From NCBI GenBank assembly GCA_002269645.1, contig NIVC01000025.1, positions 62,001 to 126,000 on the forward strand: a stretch of 64,000 bases of DNA, read 5' to 3'. The stretch is from Macrostomum lignano. Lineage: Eukaryota. Of this stretch, positions 1-12,000 are shown piece after piece. A program made the translations under genes and the position numbers. Positions within the stretch are counted from its first letter, which is position 1, and the number at the start of each line of letters is the position of its first letter. The notes beneath the pieces were generated by a model. It made no database searches. It was not told where the DNA came from and saw only the letters and a list, made by a program, of their open reading frames with translations.

Positions 1-461
1 CTACTCGGGAATTGCTTAGGTGTCAAGGCTTACTGGGGGAATGGCTTAGGTGTCAAGGCAAATAGGATTCACATAAATAATTTTCGTCGCTTGCCTATTA
101 TGGGCCTTCCGAAGGGGGCACTAGATCGCTAGTAGGATACCAATAGCGTCTGTGTACAAGGTCAAAAGCTACATGAATAGCTAGCTTATTCAAAAAATTA
201 TTCCTTCAATTCTTTATTGTTGCCTTCCCAGCGGGGCGCATATTGCTAGCCCACTATACTATATAAAATAAGTTGTCTCTATCTATGTACGAAAAAGTTC
301 TTGAATTGACTTGCAGGCACTCTAACCGATGAGAGGACTTAGCGATTCATCGACCGTCTGCTGGTTGAGACCGGCGCCCCCCGTCCCCCGGTCGGTGGAG
401 CGCGGCCTGCAATTGCGCCCAGCTAGGCTCAGAGGCGCACCCGGTGACGCTGCTCTCTTCT

Positions 462-945
462 CAGTGGCGTAGGCAAGAATTTTTACTGGAGGGGGTTGCA
501 ACCCTAAGGGGGGACAATACTAGGGTCTCTTTAGTTGGCATCCCTGTTTCTTGATGGGCGCCAGCCAGTGTCTCTTGGTGGACGCCCCTGGCCTGTCGCT
601 TGGTTAGCGACCTTGTCTCTTGGTGGAAGCCCCTGGCCTGTCTCTTGGTTAGCGACCTTGTCTCTTGGTGGACGCCCCTGGCCTGTCTCTTGGTTAGCAC
701 CCTTGTCTCTTGGTGGACGCCCCTGGCCTGTCTCTTGGTTAGCGCCCTTGTCTCTTGGTGGACGCCCCTGGCCTGTCTCTTGGTTAGCGCCCTTGTCTCT
801 TGGTGGACGCCCCTGGCCTGTCTCTTGGTTAGCGACCTTGTCTCTTGGTGGACGCCCCTGGCCTGTCTCTTGGTTAGCGACCTTGTCTCTTGGTGGACGC
901 CCCTGGCCTGTCTCTTGGTTAGCGCCCTTGTCTCTTGGTGGACGC
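462..945. mobile_element. Possible hAT-type MITE left end followed by an internal minisatellite; right end not found
   Basis: CAGTGGCGTAGG at 462 resembles the TIR of the intact hAT MITE at 34242 (CAGGGGCGTAGCC); no matching right TIR or TSD located. Confidence 0.35.
535..945. repeat. 45-bp minisatellite, about 9 copies
   Basis: Unit GTCTCTTGGTGGACGCCCCTGGCCTGTCTCTTGGTTAGCGACCTT, itself a dimer of GTCTCTTGGT-led subunits; explains ORFs 461..1013. Confidence 0.95.
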
Positions 946-1609
946 ATTTTTTATTTACCACATGCAATTTAACGGTAAAATATACAGAATTACCGTCGCG
1001 TGGGGGGATTTAATCCCATTAAGGGATGCAGGTCATTGAATCCAAAACTGAGCTTCTGGGAGACTTCCCGAGGCTTCTTACTCTGAGGATTCTGATTTAA
1101 AATCATCCTTGATTTGCTTCTCACTGTATTTACTGACTTTGAGGCCGGTTTATTTGCAGCATACAATGAACTACACAACATGGAAGGAGAATTACAGAGG
1201 CTGCATGAAATGCACATCAAAAAGGCTTATTCATTGCTGAGAAATTTGGTCGAACCTAGTTCAGTTTTAAACTGTCATTTCGTATTAATTCGTTTTCAAA
1301 ATACTGCGATTTAAGGCAAAGGATCAAAATACGTAAAGCAAAATGTGGGCATTATACTTGAAAGATGCCAATTAGTCCGATGCATACATATTGCATACAA
1401 GTATGGTCTGAATTTAGTGCAACAGAGTTTAAAAACTTTACGCTATAGAGTGTGGCTGCTGGCGCCCCTCATTGTGCTGGCGCCCCTGGTGCTGGCGCCC
1501 TTGATGCTGGCGCCCCTGGTGCTGGCACCCCTGGTGCTAAAGCTCCTAGTACTAATTAGCCTCTGGTGCTGTTCGCATTAAAATGACGCGACGCCCTAAA
1601 ATGATAGAA

Positions 1610-1980
1610 GAGGAGGGAAAGAGAGAAGGGAGGGGAGAGAGGAGAGGAGAGAATAGAATGAGAGGAGAGAGGAAAGTGGAGAGAGGAGAGGAGAGAATAG
1701 AATGAGAGGAGAGAGGAAAGTGGAGAGAGGAGATCGAGAAGAAAAGGAGAAGGATAGAACAGGAGATTAGGAAAGAAGAGAAGATCGAGGAGAGAGGAGA
1801 GAAGAAGGCGGAGAAGGGTGAGGAGATCAGAGAAGAAAAGAAAAGAAGGAGGGGAGGGGAAGAGAGAGGATAAGGGAAGAGAGAGGATAAGGGAAAGGAG
1901 AGTAGAAAAGAGGAGAGGAGAGAAGAGGAGATCGAGGAGAGAAAAGAGAAGTGCGAGAGGAGATTAGAAAGAAAGGAGCT
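1610..1980. repeat. GA-rich low-complexity polypurine tract
   Basis: Almost only A/G on + strand (GAGAGGAGAG...). Confidence 0.9.
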
Positions 1981-3037
1981 AAGTAGAGACATACATGCAA
2001 ACCCGAAGGACTAGCCTACTACTCAAATAAAAGGACGAGAAACTATCATATACTATGCGTACGTTCTTTGGAAAGTAATTTAGCAGACAGGTTTTACGCA
2101 ATAAAAAAATTAGAGATAGGTTTCCTATTTCCTAATTTTTATTGCTTTTGATAGATGGGGAGACCCAGTGTTCATCTTTTAATGTCTTTTCTATCTTATA
2201 CACTGTGCTACAGTACATGTGTAGCTCGATTTACTGATATTCATGCATAAAACATTTCTTTAAGAAAATTATAGGATTCTATGTTAGTTTTATAACCTTA
2301 AGTACATACTCCAATGCCTAAAATTCTTAAACAATGGCAAAACTCGACTCATTGGTTTTAGAACTTCATTTTATCTTTTCTTAGCTTAATGATAAAATTA
2401 ACAGAATGGTAAAATATAAGCTTTTCAGGTCGCCAACGCCTGTCTTAAATCTTAACATTACGAACTATTTTTCCGTTTTCAGTCTTGGGTTCTTAGCTAC
2501 TAGTAGCAGTACATGTAGGTCCCGGACTGTCAGTTTCTTAAACGTCCACTCTTTGCTCTTGAATACTAGACAGCTATAGGCATTGCAAAATCATTACGCA
2601 CAATATAAAACCAACTAGTCTGCGAATACAACATTACAATATATTTTCAAGGTTTTTTTCTAATAATTTTTGTGCAGTTGAGAAAAATAATGAAGAAATT
2701 CTATTCTTTTAGTATTAAATTGTTTAGTTTTATTATATCACGATTCTATCTTATAAAATTTAAAACAACGTTTCGTCAGGTTCGTTGAACAATTGAATCA
2801 ACTGAACTGGACTGGACTTAATTGAATCAATGATCGACATTCTTGTAGGGAGTACGAGTACTGGAGTAGTAATTAGCTGATAAAATTTTGAAAGCTACTT
2901 TTTATTTGAATTGACTATAAAGTAAACGCTAGCGTGTAGTTTTTTCTGCCTAGAATTTTTCCACAAATTATCACCTTTTCTATACTTGACTTGAATTTAA
3001 GACTAGTAATAATTTAATATTATTGCAGATCAGATTT

Positions 3038-6000
3038 ATGATCAATACTTTTCCTAAACTGCTGGTTGAATTTGGAAGCAAAAATCCTACGTTTTTATTG
3101 TCTAGTTCTAGATCTAAGTGTCTTCTTTCTTTTAAAAAACAATTACCATTCTCTTATTGCATTTCAAAGCAGTTTGTAACAACTACAAATAGCCATCATC
3201 CCAAAATATTTGGTAGCCACAACCAGCAAAATCAACGAAGAAAGAGAATGTCTCAAGTAAGTAGAAATTGGAGGTGCTATTAAGGGCTTTAGCTGTTACA
3301 AATCTTGATTAGGCCTACTATTAATACATTCATTATGTTACGTATAATATAATATTAGTTTATAATTTTTATTTGAAATATTCAATATCCTTGTAATGAT
3401 ATTCTAACTTGGCCTTGGTAACAAAATTAAATTATTGATCAAGGAGAGTGCCACTGTCTCTTGTTTAGTATGTCTTATGGACAGACAACAATTAAAAAAA
3501 TGGAAGTAATTATTCTTAACCTAAATTTAAATCTAGATTCTAGAACAAGATTTTAATATATAATTATAGTATAGTCTAGACTCTAAATTTTAAGGTGCAA
3601 TTCTAAAATAGATATGTGGTCATCTAGACTCCATAAGGTTATATGTACACCAGAAAAATTCTGGCCTACAAATGACTTCCTTCAAAGTTGGCATACAAAT
3701 TGATGCTAATTTTTCTGGCATACAAATTTTCTTTATTTCTTCAATTCTTTATTGCCCCAAAGGGGGGCACTAGATTACTAGTCTTATACACTAAAAAAGA
3801 AGTTGTCTGTTGATATATATGTGCCATAGTCAGGAAGGTAGCAAGTGCACGCGGGAATCAATTTATGGAAAAATCCTTGGTGCATGCCAATGTACGCCAA
3901 TTTCTTAAAACCCTTAACATGATGTTTCTGTTGCACGCCAAAAATCTTGAATACCAAAAATCATGTACGCCTCATGTACGTGTGATTTGAATATTAACCA
4001 TAATAGATACTATTTTTAAATAAATTTTCTACTTACGTTAAACAAAGTTTATATAAAAAAAGGAAATTCGCTACAAAGAACATAGTGAGTATCAAAAACT
4101 TTTTCTTCACATTTCAAGAAACAAATAAACTAAAAGTCTACAAGAGTCACAAAATAAGAGCATTTAAAAGTTATTGGATATTTTAATTTTAATGTAGGCT
4201 GTAGTGTAGGCCTGGCTGTAGGCTAGGCTGTAGCCTCAACTAGTTGGTTTAATCAATATTCAAATTCAATTGTTCACATTTAACTTTATATATTGTATAT
4301 ATATAGTGTATATACATCTATATCTGACTTGTTGATATACTGTCAGTTTTTTAATTGCACGCCAAGGTTACACGCCAAGTAAAAAACTTGTACACTGAAA
4401 ATTTAGGCATGGCTTGAGACCCCTATTTGCACGCCAACTTTGCACGCCAAAATTTTAGTGTGGCTTGTGCACGCGGGTAAATTCCCACGTGCAGGCCACC
4501 TTCCTGAGTATGGCAGACAACAATTAAAAAATGGAAGTAATTATTCTTAACCTAAATTTAAATCTAGATTCTAGAACAAGATTTCAATATATAATTATAG
4601 TATAGTCTAGACTCTAAATTTTAAGGTGCAATTCTAAAATAGATATGTGGTCATCTAGACTCCATAAGGTTATATATACACCAGAAAAATTCTGGCCTAC
4701 AAATGACTTCCTTCAAAGTTGGCATACAAATTGATGCCAATTTTTCTGGCATACAAATTTTCTTTATTTCTTCAATTCTTTATTGCCCCAAAGGGGGGCA
4801 CTAGATTACTAGTCTTATACACTAAAAAAGAAGTTGTCTGTTGATATATATATGATCAATTAGAGAAAAAATGGCTTAAGCAATTTTCTTTGAACTTGCA
4901 CCATTTAATCAAAAAAATTTCTATGACAGTATATACATTGTGGCTAAAAAATTACTCAATGCTTAAAAGATCAAATATTTGAAAAACATGCTTTTTTGCA
5001 AAGGTCAAATGAACTTTTTGACTTGATGCATTAGGCCCATTCCATATAAGATGGACATATTTGGAAAATAGAAAAAAGTCAATATTTTTGCTTGTCATTG
5101 CCTTATCAGCCATTTTTTTACCAAATCTTTTTTGTATGTAATGTATACAATCTAAGAATAAATAAATGATAAAATGTTGGATTAGTATGTTATCAGTTGG
5201 CAAAAAGTTATTTTTGTAAAAAATTTTACATTTTCTAAGCAAAAGACATCATTAAGTTTATGTACCTTTTAAAAACAAATAGAAAGCTTTAGAAGGTTAA
5301 AACAAACTATATATAAAATTATAGTGCTTGCATCATCAGATAAAAACATCAGCAACCATATAATCTATTATATTTTTAATATATTAGTACTTCAAAGTTA
5401 CTGAATTGATAGAAAAAAATATGCTATGACCATAATGTTACAACCATAAAGCTCCCTTTTCTTTTGTATCTTTGTTGCCTTTTGAGTTTATATATTCTAA
5501 TAAAAGAGTATGACTTCTAAAGATGTTTTTAGTCAAATTAAAAAAAAATTTTTGCAAAATATCAAAAATGAAAAATGTTATAAGACTTTTACCTTTTAGT
5601 TTCTATATGTCAAAAATCCTGTTGTTACGACCATAAGTGCCATTCAAGGTTTAATAGCATCTATACTAATGATGATATCTATATGAAACTTTATAAATAT
5701 ATTCTTGACAAAATAATCTTTCATTCAAAATATTGGTTTAGTATATTCTATTATTAGATTTCATTTTATAAGTAAAATAGTCTGTCATGTTATGACCATA
5801 ATTATATGAAATGGCCAATTATGCATTATAAGAATACTAAAGAAAAAACTGACTTATCTAACTAAATTTTGAGAATAAATTTAATTGCCCTATACTCATA
5901 GTATTAAAAGCACAGTGTGAAAGCATAGCACAAGACTTGATTCATATTGTGTAACCATATCGCTAACTTTAATAGAGATTGATACTGACTTACCTGAGAA

Positions 6001-9000
6001 ATTGATTATGTCATAACTACTTTGTGTGGCTTTTACTCTAACTGACTTGGTGAGTATTAAATTATAAGTGCTACAAATTCATTTTATAAATTTTATAAGA
6101 GCTAGCTTAGGCTCATTCCATATAAGCATGGTCGTAACATGACAGGCTATTTTTACTTATAAAATGAAATATAATAATAGAATTTACTAAACCAATATTT
6201 TAAATGAAAGATAATTTTGTCAAAAATATTTTTATAGAGTTTCATGTAGATATCATCATTAGTATAGATGCTATTAAACCTTGAATGGCACTTATGGTCG
6301 TAACAACAGGATTTTTGACATATAGAAACTAAAAGGTAAAAGTCTTATAACATTTTTATTTTTGATATTTTGCAATACATTTTTTTAAATTTGACTCAGA
6401 ACATCTTTAGAAATCATACTCTTTTTGTAGAATATATAAACTCAAAAAGGCAACAAAGATACAAAAGAAAAGGCAGCCTTATGGTCGTAACATTATGGTC
6501 GTAACATATTTTTTTCTGTCAATTCAGTAACTTTGAGGTACCAATATATTAAAAATATAATAGATTATTTGGTCACCAATACTTTTATCTGATGATGCAA
6601 GTATTATACTTTTATCTATAGTTTGTTTCAACCTTCCAAAGCTTTCTATTTGTTTTTAAAAGGTACACAAACTTAATGATGTCTTTTGCTTAGAAAAATG
6701 TCTATATTTTTACAAAAATGACTTTTTGCCACTTGATAGCATACTAATCTAACATTTTATCATTCATTTATTCTTAGATTGTAGATATTACACATAAAAA
6801 ACATTTGGTAAAAAAATTGGCTGATAAGGCAATGGCAAGCAAAAATATTGACTTTTTTCTATTTTCCAAAAATGTCCATCTTATATGGAATGAGCCCTTA
6901 GATATGATAGACTGAACTGCTAATGCTGTGACTTGGGTTCAAATCTTGGTAGCAAAAATATTTTTTTGTTGAAAGCTTTTATTAAAGGATTATTACACTA
7001 GCCAAGACAGATTATTGCACTGAATGAATAAATGATTATTACACTAGATGAGTAAATGATTATTGCACTTGCTAAGCCATTGATTATTACACTAGCTGAG
7101 ACAGATTATTGCACTTGATGAGTAAAGAATTATTGCTTGATAAGTAAAGGATTATTGCACTTGATGAAATGATGGTTTTTGCACTTGATAAGCCAAGGAT
7201 TATTGCACTTGATAAACTAGGAATTATTATACTTAATAAGCCAAAGATTATTGCACTAGCTTAGAAAAAGACTATTGCACTAGCTAAGACATCAGTTTTT
7301 GCACTTGATGAGTAAGGGATTATTACACTAGATGAGAAGAGGATTATTGTGCTAGCTGAGACATAGATTATTGTATTAGCTGAGATATGGATTATTACAC
7401 TTGATGAGTAAAGAATTATTGCACTTGATGAGTAAAGGATTATTGCACTTGATGAGATGATGGTTATTGCATATGATAAGCCAGGGATTATTGCACTTGA
7501 CAAGCCAAGGATTATTGAACTTAATAAACCAAGGATTATTGCACTTGATAAGCCAAGGATTATTGCACTTAATAAACCAAGGATTATTGCACTAGCTTAG
7601 AAAGGGACTATTGCACTAGCTAAAACATAGATTTTTGCACTTGATTAGTAAAGGATTATTGAATTTATTACAATAGATAAAAAGAAGATTATTGCACTGG
7701 CTTAGACGGATTATTGCTCTACTTGAGAAAGCAATTATTGTATTAGTAGAGGAATATTTGCACTAGCTACTTGCTGTCTGGTGGATGCTTGCTATCTGGA
7801 GGATGTTTGCTATTATATTGTACTAGGGGATACTTACTATTATATTTGGGGGGTGCTTACTATCAGGGGGGATGCTTATTATCGGGAGAGGGGTGCTTGC
7901 TCTTGAAGAGGGAGTACTTGCTATTTGAGAGGGGTACTAGCTACATGTATCTACATGTATAGGATTCTTTCTATCTAGGGATGCTTGCTATCTGGGGGAG
8001 GGGATGCTTGCTATCTGGGGGATGCTTGCTATCTAGGGGATGCTTGCTATCTGGGGGATGCTTGCTATCTGGGGGAGGGGATGCTTGCTATCTGGGGGAT
8101 GCTTGCTATCTGGGGGGATGCTTGCTATCTGGGGGGATGCTTGCTATCTGGGGGATGCTTGCTATCAGGGGATGCTTGCTATCTGCAGTTGCTTACTCTT
8201 AGAAGGGGGGGGTGCTTGCTATCTGGGGGGGATGCTGCTTTCTTGGGGATGTTTTTTATTTAAAGGGAATGTCTGTTATCTTTGTGAAAGCTTTTCAGCA
8301 ATTATGTATAAATTTTTTTGATAAAAAAATAAAATTGCAAATGGATCAAATATTCAAAAAACTAAGTTTTTAATGCTTTCAATGTTAGAATTTTTAATTT
8401 GAACACCCACTATCAGGGGCTTAGTGTCGTAGTTCCTATATGCTCATCAACATTGAAAAGTCACCATCACAGAAGATTCTGTCTATGGTTGCCACTTTTG
8501 AGAGTGCAGGTAAAGTCTCTCCATCTTTGCAAGTGACACAACTTGCTACACTGCAGCAGGCTTGAGTTGAAGAATGAAGTGAGGGGGGTGCAGTGTGTGA
8601 GGGTTTTGTTGGACAGATTAAAGCCACCCAATCAGTTTTCTTGTATCTTTTATTTCAGAATAGTTTAAGAGAAATTGCTCAGTGTCGCATAGAGTGGCAA
8701 CTTTTCAATATTGCTTTTCAATAATAGCAAAAAACTAAATAAAAGTTTATTATAAAAATATTCTCTAGGGGTCATTGCTTTGTGGTCATAAATAAAAGGT
8801 TAGGGATATGATTCTTGATCTATTTGGATCAATTTATATCCATGAACAAGAAATGTAACTCTTGCACTGCTTCAGTTCGAGCTATAAAATGTGTACCAGC
8901 ATTAGCTGAGCTGTCAGTTGCAGAACTATTGGTTTCTTTCCACATCACTATATTTGATAGTTGGCTATAAAATCAGTGGAATTAGGATTTTTCTCTAGGC

Positions 9001-12000
9001 ATAGATACTTAGATACTGTAAGTACCTATTTAGCATAGTTGCTGATAGTATTCAACAAATCAACAGCAATGGTTATACATGTAGTGGTACATTAATGCTT
9101 ACATTGAAAACCCTGCGCCATTGTTCAGCAGAAAAAAGCAGCTGGCAGCGGCGACAAGACGGCCTCTGGGCCCGCCAGATCTGAGCTGAATCCCTTGCCC
9201 GAGTACATTGCCGAACGGGAGAAGGTCTGGTCCAGATGCAAAGCTGCTTACGAAGAATTTGTTGCTAAGCAGCCGCGCGAATCGATTCGAATCACGCTGC
9301 CGGATGGCACCGTGAAGGAGGGCGTCAGCTGGGAGACTTCGCCGATGCAGATTGCCAAAAGCATCAGCCAGGGCCTGGCGGAGTCCGCTGTCATCGCCAA
9401 GGTTAACGGCACCCTGTGGGATCTGGACCGGCCGCTGGAGGGCGACTGCAATCTGGAGGTGCTCAAATTCGACTCCGACGATGGGCGCTACGTATTCTGG
9501 CACTCGTCAGCTCACATTCTCGGTGAGGGAGGGAATTGTATTGGCGAATATCCATTCATTTGCTCCTCAGTTGCCGGGCCAGCCTCCCAGATCCTCAGTT
9601 GCTGGGCTAGCCTCCTGGAGTGTCAGTTGTTGGGCCAGTCTCCCAGATCCTCAGTTGCTGTGCCAGCCTCCCAGATCCTCAGTTGCGGGGCCAGCCTCCC
9701 AGATCCTCAGTTGCTGTGCCAGCCTCCCAGATCCTCAGTTGCTGTGCCAGCCTCCCAGATCCTCAGTTGCTGGGCCAGTCTCCCAGATCCTCAGTTGCTG
9801 TGCCAGCCTCCCAGATCCTCAGTTGCTGGGCCAGCCTCCCAGATCCTCAGTTGCTGGGCCAGTCTCCCAGATCCTCAGTTGCTGTGCCAGCCTCCCAGAT
9901 CCTCAGTTGCGGGGCCAGCCTCCCAGATCCTCAGTTGCTGTGCCAGCCTCCCAGATCCTCAGTTGCTGGGCCAGTCTCCCAGATCCTCAATTGCGGGGCC
10001 AGCCTCCCAGATCCTCAGTTGCGGGGCCAGCCTTCCAGATCCTCAGTTGCGGGGCCAGCCTCCTGGAGTGTCAGTTGTTGGGCCAGCCTCCCAGATCCTC
10101 AGTTGCTGGGCCAGCCTCCCAGATCCTCAGTTGCTGGGCCAGCCTCCCAGATCCTCAGTTGCTGGGCCAGCCTCCCAGATCATCAGTTTCTGGGCCAGCC
10201 TCCCAGATCCTCAGTTGCTGGGCCAGCATCCCAGATTTTTAGTTGCGGGGCTAATAGTTTAGTTTTTAGCCAAATTGCAGAGAAAATTTTAAGCGATTCA
10301 GCCTCCCCGTCACTAGCGAATACAAACTCCATCGCAGGCGAGGCCATGGAGCGCACATTCGGCGGCTGCCTCTGCTACGGCCCGCCAGTCGATGACGGCT
10401 TCTATTACGACATGCACATCGCTGAGGGCACCGTGTCGCAGGAGGACTTCCCGCCGTTGGACAATCTGTGCAAAAAGATTGTCAAAGAGAAGCAGCCGTT
10501 CGAACGATTGGAGATGAGCAAAGCGGACCTGCTGGAGATGTTCAAATATAACGAGTTTAAGCAGCGGATTATCAATACTAAAATTGACACACCTACAACT
10601 ACGGTTTACAAGTGCGGCCCTTTGATTGACCTGTGCCGCGGCCCGCACGTGCCCCACACTGGCCGAATCAAAGCCATGATGGTCACTAGGAACTCGTCTG
10701 CCTATTGGGAGGGCAAGGTGAGGGAGCTATTAGTGCAGTATTCGTGCCCCAGCTACATTAGAGTTATTAGTGCATGGTAGTTTCCTTGTAGTCTCAGGGT
10801 GAGATTTATTGTATGAGATGCAGTCTTAGAGTGAGATTATTGCATTAGAAGCATTCTCAGGGTGAGATTTTTAGAGCTGATTATTATTCAATAATAATCT
10901 CACTAACAGGCGGATGCGGAGAGTTTGCAACGCGTCTACGGAATCTCCTTCCCGGACCCGAAGCAGCTGAAAGAATGGAAGACGATCCAGGAGGAAGCCG
11001 CTAAACGCGATCACAGGTATTTGATAACTAATTAGCAGACGAGGCTAAACATGCTATAGTTACTCTCGCCTTTTACCCCGTGTACTGTCTAATATTGCAG
11101 GCGTCTTGGCAAAGAGCAGCGTCTATTCTTCTTTCACGAGCTTAGTCCCGGCTCTTGCTTCTTTTATCCGCGCGGCGCCCACATTTACAACACTCTCGTT
11201 GCTTTCATTCGCGAAGAGTATTGGAAGCGCGGCTTCAGCGAAGTGATCACGCCAAATATTTACAATGCAAAGCTATGGGAGACGTCCGGCCACTGGCAGC
11301 ATTATTCCGACAATATGTTCAAGATTGAAATCGAGAAGGAGACTTACGGATTGAAGCCAATGAACTGTCCAGGCCACTGCGTCATGTTTAGCAGCGAATC
11401 GCGGAGCTACAAGGAACTGCCTATTCGGTGCGTTTGCTGAGGTTTCTTTTAATAAAAGTATTGTTTTGGCTGTCTTTATATTGGATTGCCCCAGCTATGG
11501 CAGCTACCCTACAGAATCGCCCCAGCTACCCTAAGAGAATCGCCCCAGATACTCTAAGAGAATCGCCCCAGCTACCCTAAGAGAATCGCCCCAGCTACCC
11601 TAAGAGAATCGCCCCATCTACTCAAACAGAATCGCCCCATCCACTCATACAGAATCGCCCCATCTACTCAAACAGAATCGCCCCAGCTACTTAAACAGAA
11701 TCGCCCCATCTACTCAAACAGAATCGCCCCATCTACTCAAACAGAATCGCCCCATCTACTCAAACAGAATCGCCCCATCTACTCAAACAGAATCGCCCCA
11801 TCTACTCAAACAGAATCGCCCATCTACTCAAACAGAATCGCCCCATCTACTCAAACAGAATCGCCCCATCTACTCAAACAGAATCGCCCCATCTACTCAA
11901 ACAGAATCGCCCCATCTACTCAAACAGAATCGCCCAGCTACTCAAACAAAATCGCCCAGCTACTCAAACAGAATCGCCCATCTACTCAAACAGAATCGCC

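Noticed and set aside
300-1314. Short ORFs suggesting a further gene at the window start
   Set aside because: No recognisable homology and no consistent splice model could be built
8436-8627. Alternative TARS first exon ending GAGTGCAG|GTAAAG near 8509
   Set aside because: From its ATG the donor is phase 1, which does not fit the phase-0 acceptor at 9128
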